Notes: generated from the sequence alone by a model not told the origin. 64,000 bases of DNA from Pedobacter sp. (GCA_050253415.1 JBFWJC010000001.1:352001-416000); one strand, 5' to 3'; counted from the first letter of the stretch, positions 10,167-22,360 are shown. A program made the numbers and translations.

Positions 10167-11024
10167 TTATCGTTTCACTTTGATGATTTTTTCACGCAAT
10201 TCTTCGGGTAGCTCGGAAAGGATTTTGGCCTCGGTTTCCCGGTACATGGACAGCCGATCAATCAGTAGCCCGAAGTCGACCAGGTGGCCGTCGAACTCCG
10301 GTCCGTCGACGCAGGCGAATTTGGTTTCGTCGCCGACCTTGACGCGACAGCCACCGCACATCCCGGTGCCATCGATCATGATGGGGTTGAGGCTGACAAT
10401 GGTTTTGATCCCGTACGGACGGGTAAGTTCGGCCACGGCCCGCATCATGGGAACGGGGCCGATAGCAAAAACCGCTGCCGGCCGTTTGTCCGGATCATCG
10501 ATCAATTCTTGCAGGGCATGGGTTACGAATCCCTTTCGCCCGAGGCTGCCGTCTTCGGTAGCGATGAGAACCGTATCGGAAAAGGCAGACAGTTCATCGG
10601 CCAAGATGATGAAGGGCTTGGATCTTCCTCCGATAATGGTGGTCACTTCATTGCCCGCTTCCGCCAGAGCCTTGGCCAGGGGATACAAAACCGCGGTTCC
10701 GAGCCCTCCACCCACGCAGGCGATGCGCCCCCATATGTCAATTTCGGTTGCTTTCCCGAGGGGGCCGGCGATATCGCGTAGGGAACCGCCGACGGGAGTG
10801 TTGACGATTTTAAGGGTCGAGGTGCCGACGGCCTGAATGAACAGGGTGATGGTGCCGGCCTGCGGGTCGGCATTACCGATGGTCAAGGGGATGCGTTCAC
10901 CACCTGCTTCGGGATGTACTATGACAAACTGGCCCGGTTGCCGGGCTTTGGCAATGCGCGGAGCGCGGATGACCATGCGGTGCACATTGGGAGCCAGTGT
11001 GACGTTTTGCAGAACTTCAAACAT
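10167..11024 (-). CDS. nfnA: NfnA, small subunit (FAD/NAD, 2Fe-2S)
   Basis: ERIPLTI, GPLG, DGTGMCGGCRV and FACVDGPEFDGH. Confidence 0.9.
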   Translation of the reverse strand: MFEVLQNVTLAPNVHRMVIRAPRIAKARQPGQFVIVHPEAGGERIPLTIGNADPQAGTITLFIQAVGTSTLKIVNTPVGGSLRDIAGPLGKATEIDIWGRIACVGGGLGTAVLYPLAKALAEAGNEVTTIIGGRSKPFIILADELSAFSDTVLIATEDGSLGRKGFVTHALQELIDDPDKRPAAVFAIGPVPMMRAVAELTRPYGIKTIVSLNPIMIDGTGMCGGCRVKVGDETKFACVDGPEFDGHLVDFGLLIDRLSMYRETEAKILSELPEELREKIIKVKR

Positions 11025-11365
11025 GTTCTCTCCATCAGATTAAAAACGGGGAGTGACCGAGAACTTCGAAGCAGGAATACCTATCTGTCTTGCACTACCA
11101 GGCTCTCAATCTTCTCAGTAACGGGGGCTTTTTCGTACCTTAGCCCCTGAATAGATCAATTCCTTTCGGTATTTAATCGATATATCGCAGAGATCCTTTC
11201 CCGGTGCGTCCCGCCCGAAAAAGCAGTTTTCCGGCGCAGGGTGCCCCGCGATGATCGCGTACATTGCAGGGGGTATCATCTGGGCCGGATCGGATAATAA
11301 GCATGAGAGCATCATAGCGTGGCTGATATCCCGACAGCGCATGCGGTTTCTTCGGGATTTCATGG

Positions 11366-11411
11366 CGGCATCGCTCCACCGAACTTTGTTGGGTGGAGCG
11401 ATGCCGTTTTT
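11366..11411. terminator. 15-bp stem-loop downstream of gdhA
   Basis: cggcatcgctccacc-N11-ggtggagcgatgccg. The T-tract is only on the + strand, so on the gdhA strand it may be a stabilising or attenuating hairpin. Confidence 0.55.
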
Positions 11412-11428
11412 CATCAGGGGTTTCCCCG

Positions 11429-12835
<1,407 letters not shown>

Positions 12836-13570
12836 TTAGGCAGAGGAATGATAGTTTAAGTTTGAATAGGATGTCCAGAGAAAAACAAAGGCAAGATGAG
12901 CTATTATGCAAAAAAAATAAACACGAAATGCTCAAAAAATAATCGCGAAATATCGGAGTGCAAGATTTGTCGGTTCAGGAGGGAAATTCTCGCATCGGCG
13001 AGAGGGCAAAGAATTTTGCAACGGATCTATCTGCCAAAAGAAGGTTGTGTGACATGTCCAGTCACAATCTAGAAGGAATATTTTCACTCGAAAAAGAGGA
13101 TTTACATGGATCTCAATCCGTTTCGCAAAGAGTTTCCGAATGGGAGGGTGCATGCATATGGATACAGTTGGCTGGCCTCATAGCCGGAACAGTTCTCACC
13201 GTGGTTACCTGCAGTTTCCGTTGTTGTCACGAACATCTGCCCGTCCCGGATTGACTTATGGCCGCGTCTTTAAAGGGCAACTCGGGGTGACAACCAAGAC
13301 GTCCATGCGCGGGGCCAGGTTGCCGTTTTGACGCTGGCTACGAGCCATGGTATTTCATGGGCAACTCCACCAAGGGAGTATCTTCGATCTTCTCGGCCAA
13401 GTGACCTGGGGACAATCAGCAGGTCGCCCTGGAAAATCGGCCATGGCATCCGGGCCATAATTGCAGCTCATGCAGTTTCTTTGGAATGTTATGGCGGCAG
13501 CGCTTCGCCTGATTTTCATGGTGGATAGATTCGATAATAAGTCCGAATGCGGTTGGTTTCCCTCTGAAAA

Positions 13571-16153
13571 TCAGCAAAAACAGACGACCTGCTGGGCTAA
13601 AACATCCGACATCAATTGGAGCTTACCTTCATCCAGGAACACGACCTTTACAATATCTTTAAATCGGGCAGCCGATGGCTCAAAATCATCCAACTGATTA
13701 GCGAATTTGTCGAGGAATCCGGGATTGAAGGTACAATGGCTATCTTCCGGGAACAATGCCAGGTAGAAAATTTCGGTTTCTACTAAATCCTGAAAAAAAT
13801 GGCTTCCGAACGAAAGTTCCGGCATCAACCCGCCGGCAGGAAAAGCAACTTCGGCCAAGATGGATACATTGTTGATTTCGGAAAATCCTACGGGTATGCC
13901 CAATGAAGGCGTCGTTGTCCCCCAGCGACCCGGCCCCATAAGCAATGTAGGCATATTCTGTTGATTACATATCTTTTTATTGAGCCGCCCTACGATACGG
14001 GCAATTTCATATTTGTCGGTCAGCGGCAAAAGACAGTAACCTGCCGGTTCCACCCAAATGATGCACCGGACAGGCTGAACGACATTGCCCCCCATGAAAT
14101 GACCTTCCGATTGAAAAAGAACCCGGTCGTCGGTTAAGTCTTGCGGAATCTGAACGCCTTTTTCGAAACCGCGCGTCTGCAGAGGGCGGCACTGAACCAG
14201 ATTGATCTTCGGTGCATCATCAAGGGGAAAATTAACGGTAAACTCTATATCAACCGGATATTTATAATGATTTTCCAAAGTTTTAAGCATGCGTTGCATC
14301 AGTTTTGCAAAACCTGATTCGGAAAGCAGCTTTTCAAAAGTCAGCAACCAGGCTTCACGGCTTTTGAGACCACGCTCTTCGAGCCTTTGCATGGCTTCAC
14401 GGTCCGGCACGGCATAACGGGTTAGGTCGAAATGGAGACTATGGCAAGCCAGATTAGACAGAGAGATTGTTTCGGGAGCATTTTTTGTTACGTTTAGCAC
14501 ATCGACATCCCTCTGGGAAAAACGCCGTAAATCGGCTGAGTTTTTCAGAGGAACCTTGCAGGGCAGATCCAACGCTACGATTCGCGGATAGTCGTTTTCG
14601 GCGCGGTCGACGGCGCGGGTTCCCAACCCGAGAACCAGACGCAGCATGCCCGCCGCCGGGTCCATATCCCTGTCCCAGACAAAGGCGTTGTAGGATGCGC
14701 CCACCCCGGCCAGCTCCGGAAAGTAGAAATGGTCATGGTATGCCCCGGAAACCCTCTGCACAAGCAAAGCCATCTGCTCCTGATAGTTATCCAACCCCCG
14801 CTGTCGTCGGTAAGTCAGGGCATCTTCGCTCATAGTACTTGCGAAAACCCGACGCACCGCATCTTCGAACTGTTCATATCGCTGTTCCGGCGATCCCTGG
14901 TTAACGCGGAAGAAACTTTCGTATTTGCCTGCGAAGGCATTACCAAAGCTATCCTCAAGAAGGCTACTGGAACGCACGATTATCGGATACTGCCCAAAGT
15001 GTTCCAACATTTCCTGAAACTTATTACGTACATCGGGAGGAAAAGTCCCGTGGAGAAATTTTTCGTAGAGATCCGGTGCGCATTTAAAGTAGCCGTCTGG
15101 CGTTTTTTGCTCCATCAACAGCTTCCACCAGCCATTATGGACAACATAGGAAAAATAGAGATCTGACGCGATATAAAAAGAATCGTGCGGTTCGAGATAG
15201 TGCTGCCAATCAAAGGAGAAATCCCTGAGGAGCATATTTCGAGCCAGCAACATGCCGACGGACTTACCGCCGATATAGCCGGTGCCAATAGTGCGGGACT
15301 TGATTTCTAAAAGGTCTTCCAGTGAAAAATATTTCCGGGTAAGGGAAAGCATACGATCATCATGGCCTATCATGATCCGGCAAAGCTGATCGACCATTTC
15401 GTATTGTTCGCTTTCAGCCGTTGGAACACTGGCCAACCCTTCAGCCTTAAGAAATAAACGATCCCAATAATCTAAATGCCGTTGTGCATTTTCTGTCTGA
15501 CGCTGGTATATCCGGGTAAGATTTGTAGCATCATAGCTATTCGCGATGGGGATAAAGCTTTCGTCCTTTTTGACATGGGGAAGGAACATGGTTGGCGAAT
15601 GCCGTTGCCAGACCTTAATGGGATGAACGTGAATATTGCCGTTGTGCGGATAGATATCCAACAGCACCTGCGTAGTGTTCTGGATTTGGGCAATCGTTTT
15701 GAAAGAGTGACTGCTACGAATGAGGGCGAAGTAGGCCACGGTATTCAATTCGAACAGGTAGGGGCAGGTTACCTGGAAAAAATTGCCGATCATGCCATCG
15801 GTAGCCCAGGCCAGAAGCAAATCCGACAGACAATCAAACACGTAAAAAACATCCGGCCCCGTTTCCGTAAGTAAATTGTATACCTTGGCAGAAAAAGACT
15901 CGAACCCCCGGTAAGCATCTAATTCATGAACTGTAATCCCATCTTCCGGTTTAAGCAACGGCGGGTGCTGGGCGAACCGCATGTAGACGATCTCACGTCC
16001 TTCATCCAGCGATTGTTTCGCAAAGCGTTGGACGAAATACTGATAGTCCAAAACACTATCGACACGCCAGACAACATTGTCACCGATCCGCAAATTGTTC
16101 AGAATATCATCCAACCCAAAAAAACCTGTTGAGGCATGCGATGGCATGTTCAT
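13571..16153 (-). CDS. PEP/pyruvate-binding (PEP synthase N-terminal ATP-grasp-like) domain protein
   Basis: IGGKSVG, IIVRSSSLLEDSFGNAFAGKYES, LGLGTRAV, DIEF and LVQCRP; no phospho-His swivel or pyruvate domain evident. Confidence 0.85.
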   Translation of the reverse strand: MNMPSHASTGFFGLDDILNNLRIGDNVVWRVDSVLDYQYFVQRFAKQSLDEGREIVYMRFAQHPPLLKPEDGITVHELDAYRGFESFSAKVYNLLTETGPDVFYVFDCLSDLLLAWATDGMIGNFFQVTCPYLFELNTVAYFALIRSSHSFKTIAQIQNTTQVLLDIYPHNGNIHVHPIKVWQRHSPTMFLPHVKKDESFIPIANSYDATNLTRIYQRQTENAQRHLDYWDRLFLKAEGLASVPTAESEQYEMVDQLCRIMIGHDDRMLSLTRKYFSLEDLLEIKSRTIGTGYIGGKSVGMLLARNMLLRDFSFDWQHYLEPHDSFYIASDLYFSYVVHNGWWKLLMEQKTPDGYFKCAPDLYEKFLHGTFPPDVRNKFQEMLEHFGQYPIIVRSSSLLEDSFGNAFAGKYESFFRVNQGSPEQRYEQFEDAVRRVFASTMSEDALTYRRQRGLDNYQEQMALLVQRVSGAYHDHFYFPELAGVGASYNAFVWDRDMDPAAGMLRLVLGLGTRAVDRAENDYPRIVALDLPCKVPLKNSADLRRFSQRDVDVLNVTKNAPETISLSNLACHSLHFDLTRYAVPDREAMQRLEERGLKSREAWLLTFEKLLSESGFAKLMQRMLKTLENHYKYPVDIEFTVNFPLDDAPKINLVQCRPLQTRGFEKGVQIPQDLTDDRVLFQSEGHFMGGNVVQPVRCIIWVEPAGYCLLPLTDKYEIARIVGRLNKKICNQQNMPTLLMGPGRWGTTTPSLGIPVGFSEINNVSILAEVAFPAGGLMPELSFGSHFFQDLVETEIFYLALFPEDSHCTFNPGFLDKFANQLDDFEPSAARFKDIVKVVFLDEGKLQLMSDVLAQQVVCFC

Positions 16154-16692
16154 GCGGCTACCTTTGTATTAAAGCGCTATACCTGATTAATAAACTCGGA
16201 TTGCCCGACAAGATTGCCAGCCCACTCTTTTTCGATAGTATCACAGGAAAAACAACCTTTTTGCAGCGTAAGGCGCAAGTTCGAAATCTCATCGCCGTAA
16301 AGATTGCCGGTCCGGACCTATACTTTTCAAGGGACGCCATCTGCAGATCAACCGGTCAATGCAACACGCTCCCGCAGTTTTTCAGCAGGGGTATGAAAGC
16401 CTTAAGTTTTCTCGGTCTCTGATTTAAAAGCATTGCCACCATCCTCAAATCCTCCTGAGAGTGATCCGAGAGATCTGATTTCTTCAGAAAGTATCACCGT
16501 AGTAAGCGAAATCTATTCTTCAGCAAGTCATCGGTTGTATTTGCCAGATGAATCCGCCAAATAAAAAACCTGCCAAATCAGTGCAAAAGATTGACAGCTT
16601 TTTGGGGTTCCGACAAGTTGTAGACATTGTGCAAATAATCGAATTTAAACGGTATATAGATAAATTTGCGACTGCCTGTAAAAGGTGAAAAC

Positions 16693-19515
16693 TCAGGCGA
16701 TCTTGATCGTCTTGTAGAGGAAGTTCTTGAATTTGTAGAACAGGCGGCGGTCCTCGCCTTCGCCGTTGGCATTGTCGCAGGCGCGCAGTACTTCGGCTAT
16801 CTGCGGCATGCTGCCGGCACCGCGCGCCCGCGCCAGTTCCACCACTTCGGAGACCACATCGCGCGAGATGCGTTTTTCGGTATAGGGGGTATGCAGGCCG
16901 GACCAGAAATCCTCCTCGCCGCGCACGATGCGGTCAAGAATATCCTGCGCCACCTGGCTGGTGAGTCTTTTTGCCGATTGATCTTCGCCACGCTGGCCGA
17001 GGGATGCCAGCACGCGGGCGATATCCGCCTCGTCGATGTTGCGTCCTTTGTGGAAGAACAGGGCGCGCACCAGGATGGTGCGCAGTTCCCGGATGTTGCC
17101 GACGAAGTGGTGCTGCGCCAGCAACTGTTGCGCGCCGCGGCTCAGAACCGGGGCTTCCTGTTCGGCCTCTTCCGGTTTTTTATATACCTGATGCAGCTTG
17201 CCGAGGAAATGCAGCGCCAGGTCGGGGATATCCTCGCGCCGTTCGTTGAGGGACGGTACTTCGATGGCCAGCTCCGACAGGCGGTGATACAGATCCTCCC
17301 GAAACCGCCCTTCGCGTATCAGTTGGCCCAGGTCCTTGTTGGTGGCCGCCACCAGCAGTACCCGGGCGTAGCGGGTATGGTTCTCGCCGAGGCGAACGAA
17401 ACCGCCGTTGTCGAGAAACCGCAGCAGCTGTACCTGGGTCTTGGGGTCGGCATCGCCGATTTCATCGAGGAACACCAGTCCGCCGTGCGCTTCTTCGAGA
17501 ATCCCCTTGCGGTCGGCATGAGCCCCGGTAAAGGCGCCGCGCTTGTGGCCGAACAGCTCGGAATAGGTCAGCTCCCCGCTGTAGGCGGCGATGTTGGTCT
17601 TTTTCACCGGCAATTCGCTCTTGCCGTCGATGTTCTGCTGGTACATCTGGTTGAGTCGCGAGTAGATGTTGTTGAACAGAAACTCCTTACCGCTGCCTGT
17701 ATCCCCGGTAATCAGGATGGAGGGCAGCCCCAGGGTGGCTTCCTGCACATCGCTGTTGAACCACATGGTGATACGGTTGAACAGCGGCGGTGTGATCCCC
17801 TGGATGAAGGCGACGATATCGTTGGCCTTGGCCGAATTGCCGATGATGTTTCCGAGCTTGTAGGACGAAACATTGGGGTCTTTGTAGCCGTAATCCCCAC
17901 CCAGTCGGCTGACCTCGCCGGTCAGTTTCTCGATGTAGAGCAGATCCGACACATGGCGCGCGATCATGCGACTGATGATCTGCAGGATGCGCTTGTGCTC
18001 GTCGGTAAAGTAGTAGGGGCGCAGGCTGTCCATGCAGATGATGGCGATGACCTCGTCGTCGCAGACTACCGGCACGCCCAGCTCGCTTTTGATGATATCG
18101 GTGACTTCGTGGTAAAAGCCGCCGGTGCGCTTTTCCTCCAAGGTATCCGATACCATATAGGGGCGGCCGGTCTGAGCCACGTAGCCGGTCAAACTACGCT
18201 GTTCCGGGGGTAGATCGGTGCTGCCGACCCGTAGCGGCGGGATATATTTTTTGAGTCGCTGTTTGCTCTTGGCGCCCACCAGCTTGCCGTCCGGCTCTTC
18301 CACCACCAGCCATCGTTCGTCCTGTTCTCTGCGTACCAGGGCGATGCTGCCGGTGTCGGCACCGATGAGTTCGGTCGCCTTGGACAATACCCGACTGAGA
18401 AATGACGGCAGGCCCTCGAGCTTTTCGTGCAACAGATCGTTGATTTCCGACAGCACCTTGATCTCGACATGCTCGTCGCCGATCTCCTGGATGACCCGTT
18501 GGGCCATTTCGGCATGGGCTTCCAGCAGGCCCTTTTCAAAGTCGCTGAAACGGTGGGTGCCGCGCGTGTAATAGTTGACCAGGCAGATGATGCGGCGGGT
18601 GCGGGTATCGTAACGCGGCACCACGTACAACGATTTGAGTCCGAGTTCTTCGGTGAGATAACGTTTCTGCAGCATCTCGGAGGACAGGGTGGGGAAATAC
18701 AGCGGTTCCAGCAGGGTGTCGTCGACGATGACTCCGGTGCTGTTGATATAGCGTGACAGCAGCGACGTGCCGGGGCCGAGATGGATCAGGCGCTGGTTCT
18801 CGTAGGCCTGTTTGTCTTCCAGCACATCCGCGTAGGAGGCCAGGATCTGCAGACATTCCTCGCTGCTGTCCGGGCCGATGGGGGTCGGTACCAGTACGGC
18901 GGCCAATGCCAGCTTGTCGATGAGCTTGACGGCTGATTTGACCATGCACAAGGCCGCTTCCTTCTTTTTGGATTCGTCCACCCAGCGTGACAGTACCAGC
19001 TGCTGGTGATAAAGCCGCGCCTGGTCGATGAAGGCCATTACGCCGTCGAGAAAACCGCGCAGCTGGCGGGCCTGTGCGTCGCTGAGGACCCGCCCCGAGC
19101 GGCTGCTGTCTACCGCCAGCACCCCGACCGCGCGTGCGTGATGCACCAGCGGCAGGTGGCAGGTGGCGCGGATATTGAACGTTTCGGCCATCAGCCGCAC
19201 GATGTGATTGTCGATGGCTGCCATATCCGGCATCTGCAGTTCTTCGTGGGTATGATAGACCTGCGAGACGGGAAACTCGGTGTTATTGATGGGAAAAGAC
19301 CGTTCGCGGATGGTGTCGTTCTGGCGTCCCGTCGCCATGGCGCAACTCAATGCGCCGCTGGTGAGGTCCTCCAGATAAATCCGGCAGGTGTTGCGTCCGG
19401 TCACAAGATGCACCGCCTTGACCAGCGCGTGCAGGATGTCATCCAGGCTTTCCTTGCCGAGAGTGCTGATCTTTTCGGTGAGCAGTTTCAGCTGGGCATT
19501 TATAAAAGGGTCCAC
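16693..19515 (-). CDS. Multi-GAF sigma-54-dependent transcriptional activator
   Basis: GTG start; tandem GAF-like domains; GDTGSGKE, ELFGHKRGAFTGA, FLDEIGD and FREDLYHRL. Confidence 0.9.
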   Translation of the reverse strand: MDPFINAQLKLLTEKISTLGKESLDDILHALVKAVHLVTGRNTCRIYLEDLTSGALSCAMATGRQNDTIRERSFPINNTEFPVSQVYHTHEELQMPDMAAIDNHIVRLMAETFNIRATCHLPLVHHARAVGVLAVDSSRSGRVLSDAQARQLRGFLDGVMAFIDQARLYHQQLVLSRWVDESKKKEAALCMVKSAVKLIDKLALAAVLVPTPIGPDSSEECLQILASYADVLEDKQAYENQRLIHLGPGTSLLSRYINSTGVIVDDTLLEPLYFPTLSSEMLQKRYLTEELGLKSLYVVPRYDTRTRRIICLVNYYTRGTHRFSDFEKGLLEAHAEMAQRVIQEIGDEHVEIKVLSEINDLLHEKLEGLPSFLSRVLSKATELIGADTGSIALVRREQDERWLVVEEPDGKLVGAKSKQRLKKYIPPLRVGSTDLPPEQRSLTGYVAQTGRPYMVSDTLEEKRTGGFYHEVTDIIKSELGVPVVCDDEVIAIICMDSLRPYYFTDEHKRILQIISRMIARHVSDLLYIEKLTGEVSRLGGDYGYKDPNVSSYKLGNIIGNSAKANDIVAFIQGITPPLFNRITMWFNSDVQEATLGLPSILITGDTGSGKEFLFNNIYSRLNQMYQQNIDGKSELPVKKTNIAAYSGELTYSELFGHKRGAFTGAHADRKGILEEAHGGLVFLDEIGDADPKTQVQLLRFLDNGGFVRLGENHTRYARVLLVAATNKDLGQLIREGRFREDLYHRLSELAIEVPSLNERREDIPDLALHFLGKLHQVYKKPEEAEQEAPVLSRGAQQLLAQHHFVGNIRELRTILVRALFFHKGRNIDEADIARVLASLGQRGEDQSAKRLTSQVAQDILDRIVRGEEDFWSGLHTPYTEKRISRDVVSEVVELARARGAGSMPQIAEVLRACDNANGEGEDRRLFYKFKNFLYKTIKIA

Positions 19516-19714
19516 GCGTCCTCCCCGGAGCCGGTTGAGTAATGTTTTTACTCACAGAGTATAACCCCAGGCCGGATCACGAGTCAAAGGGTCACTTGAA
19601 TCGGGGTATAGCCCCTCTTGCCAAATAATCTTAATGGACCTACACTGAATGGGCTCGGATCTTCAACGGCCTTACCGGTTCAACAACCCCATGTGCATGT
19701 TCCAAGGAGAGAGT

Positions 19715-21196
19715 ATGGCTACCGGCAGATACGTCATTATCGGGGGCGGCAACATAGGCCAGAGGCTGATCCGACTGCTATCTCCCGATCGGGAACTGGT
19801 GCTGATCGATCAGGATCAGAAGGCCCTGGACGAGGCACTGGCGTTGCGCAGCAACGGCATTACGGCGGTGCTTGGGGATGCCACCAGCCGCCTGGTTCTG
19901 GAAAATGCCGGTCTTAAAAAGAGCGACACCGTGCTGATTACGGCTACCATCGAAAAGATCAATATCGAGGTGGCCCGTGTGGTGAAGGAATATTTTGAAA
20001 CCCGCCAGGTATTCGCCGTTGGGATTACCCGGGCCGGTATCGCCGCAATGGAGGAGCTTGGCGTCGAGGTGGAAAACATTTTTTCCGTCAGCGCCATCGG
20101 TCTGCGTAACCGGCTGGAACACAAAACCAAAACGGTGCACGGCATCGGCCTGGGTAAAAACGAAATCCTTGAGGTGGAGGTCCACCCCAACTCGCGCCTG
20201 GCGTACAAAACCATCGGCAGCATCCGGCCCCGCCGCTGGCGCATCGGCATCATTTACCGGGATGAGGCCATTGTTGTGCCGCGTGATGATACCGTGCTTA
20301 AACCCGAAGACAAGCTGATCATTCTCGGCGATCCTCGGGTGTTGAAAACCGTGGCTGAAATGCTGACCTTCCGTTTTGTGCAGTTTCCCCTCGAATATGG
20401 TGACCGGACCCTGGCTCTGCTGTTCGGGGGCGAACCGGAAGCTTTTTTTGCCGAACTCGCCTATATTCTCAAAACCTTTCCCCTGGCGCAGACCTCGGTG
20501 GTGTCTTGCTCCTCCCGACCGGACGATGTTGAGCGTTCCCGCGCATTATTGGCTGCCCAGGGACTTGATCAACTGGAACTGCGGCAGATTCCCATTGCGG
20601 AACTGCTGGCTGCCCCTGCTACAGCGCCCGGAACTGCCGGCAAGGTGGGGCTGGTGGTGCTGTCCCGAGTTCATTTGAGTCGCGGCATGAAAAGCCCCTC
20701 TGTTGGGCGTTCCCGCAAAAGCCTGCTCATGCGGTTGTCCCAGACCTTCCGGGCTCCGCTGCTTTTGAGCGGCGGTACCTTCCCTTATCAGCGGATGGCG
20801 TTGCCATGTATGGCTGAGGATCAGATGCAATCCAGCATGCAGACCGCGCTGGAGATTGCCGCGCCTCTGCAATTCAATCTTGAGGCGCTTATCTGTAAAC
20901 CCTCCGAATACATTGCCGGGGACGATGAATTTTCCGACTATGACAGCATGTGTAAAACCATCGATCGTTTGCGCCATATATACCGGACCGAAGTACGCGA
21001 GAAGTTGCTGGAAGGCAACCCCATCATGGCATTTTGCGAAGAGTTGAAGGGGCACCAACTGCTTGTCGCCAATATCGGCGAATGGCGCCAGCCACGGTTG
21101 CTGCCGGACTGGCTGAATCCCGATATCCCCTGGCATGTCGTCGACCGTGCCGGTATCTCGACCATGCTGTTGCCGGCCGACCAGGAGACTCTTTGA
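19715..21196 (+). CDS. TrkA-N/TrkA-C (RCK) domain protein with C-terminal USP-like region
   Basis: IIGGGNIG and GDATS, RCK-C (IGIIYRD...VPRDDTVL); AGGAGA RBS before ATG 19715. Confidence 0.82.
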   Translation: MATGRYVIIGGGNIGQRLIRLLSPDRELVLIDQDQKALDEALALRSNGITAVLGDATSRLVLENAGLKKSDTVLITATIEKINIEVARVVKEYFETRQVFAVGITRAGIAAMEELGVEVENIFSVSAIGLRNRLEHKTKTVHGIGLGKNEILEVEVHPNSRLAYKTIGSIRPRRWRIGIIYRDEAIVVPRDDTVLKPEDKLIILGDPRVLKTVAEMLTFRFVQFPLEYGDRTLALLFGGEPEAFFAELAYILKTFPLAQTSVVSCSSRPDDVERSRALLAAQGLDQLELRQIPIAELLAAPATAPGTAGKVGLVVLSRVHLSRGMKSPSVGRSRKSLLMRLSQTFRAPLLLSGGTFPYQRMALPCMAEDQMQSSMQTALEIAAPLQFNLEALICKPSEYIAGDDEFSDYDSMCKTIDRLRHIYRTEVREKLLEGNPIMAFCEELKGHQLLVANIGEWRQPRLLPDWLNPDIPWHVVDRAGISTMLLPADQETL

Positions 21197-21199
21197 CCT

Positions 21200-22360
21200 A
21201 TGGCCGAGCAACTGGTCACTCTCGTTATGGTGGTATTCGGAGCGGCTCTCATGCCGCTGGCGGCGAGGCGCCTGTCGGTGCCGTCGGCCGCGCTGGAAAT
21301 CGTTTTTGGCATGGTGCTGTTCAACACAGTGCTGGACCATCAGCCCGACTGGTTTGAGTTACTCAAAGAGCTCGGTCTGATCTACCTGATGTTCATTGCC
21401 GGTAGCGAACTGTCGCTTCGGGAATTGCAGAGTAGCGGGCGGGTGTTGCGCTACCTGCTGATACCCCTGCCGGCTTTTATCTTCATGCCGCTGCTGCTGC
21501 AGTTTATCGGGCTGCCCTGGTATCTTGGCATTGCCCTGGCCATGATTTCCGCCGGCATCGTCATCCCGGTTCTCAAAGAGTCGGACCTGCTGCAACGCCC
21601 TATCGGGCGCGATATTCTCGGTGTGGCGCTGGCCGGGGAGCTGATTTCGATACTGGTGCTGACCCTGCTCGATATTTTTCACCGTTATGGCGCAACGCCC
21701 TATGCATTTTTTGAACTGCTGAAATTGGTTGCCCTGCTCGGTGTGGCCGGGTTGGCCTTGAAATTCCTCTACCTGCTGGCCTGGTGGCATCCGAAGCACG
21801 TGGCTCGCGTCATGCGCAGCGAGGACCCCACCGAAGAAGGTATGCGTCTGGTCATTTCCGTCGCCTTTGCCGGTGGTCTGGCCGCTTACGGTGCCGGTGT
21901 GGAGCCGATTCTCGGCTCTTTTATGGCGGGGGTCATTTTCAGCCATGTCTTCAAGAGCAAAGGCCGCTTTGAGGACAAAATAAACGCTATCGGATTCGGG
22001 TTTCTGACGCCCTTTTTCTTTATCGGCGTCGGAGCCGCTTTCAATCCGGCGCTGTTGAGGTCTCCGCAGACGGTTCTGCTGGCCGTGGGGTTGTCCGGTT
22101 TGCTGCTGGCCGCCAAACTTCTGCCGTTGCTTCCGGCTCGTTTTATCGGTCTGCGTGCCCAGGAGGCGTTCGGCATGGGCCTGTTGCTGGCGGCCCCGCT
22201 GTCGCTGCTTGTGGTGGCCGGAACCCTGGGACAGAAAATGGGGCTGCTGTCATCCGAGCTGAACGGCATGCTGGTGCTGACCGCTGTTTTGGCAAGTATC
22301 CTGTTTCCCATGATATTCAGGTTCCTCGTGCCGCATCTGAAACAGGACAAACCGACCTGA
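21200..22360 (+). CDS. Cation:proton antiporter (CPA2 family)
   Basis: LGLIYLMFIAGSEL, ILGSFMAG and PFFFIGVG; about 12 TM; 3 bp after the TrkA-domain gene. Confidence 0.85.
   Translation: MAEQLVTLVMVVFGAALMPLAARRLSVPSAALEIVFGMVLFNTVLDHQPDWFELLKELGLIYLMFIAGSELSLRELQSSGRVLRYLLIPLPAFIFMPLLLQFIGLPWYLGIALAMISAGIVIPVLKESDLLQRPIGRDILGVALAGELISILVLTLLDIFHRYGATPYAFFELLKLVALLGVAGLALKFLYLLAWWHPKHVARVMRSEDPTEEGMRLVISVAFAGGLAAYGAGVEPILGSFMAGVIFSHVFKSKGRFEDKINAIGFGFLTPFFFIGVGAAFNPALLRSPQTVLLAVGLSGLLLAAKLLPLLPARFIGLRAQEAFGMGLLLAAPLSLLVVAGTLGQKMGLLSSELNGMLVLTAVLASILFPMIFRFLVPHLKQDKPT

Noticed and set aside
16158..16460. Minus-strand RBS plus ATG and a protein-like fragment (GNLYGDEISNLRLTLQKG)
   Set aside because: Interrupted by stops and too short to assign without a search.
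16666..18213. 515-aa plus-strand ORF
   Set aside because: It is antisense to the sigma-54 activator and has no recognisable motifs; a shadow ORF of GC-rich codon usage.
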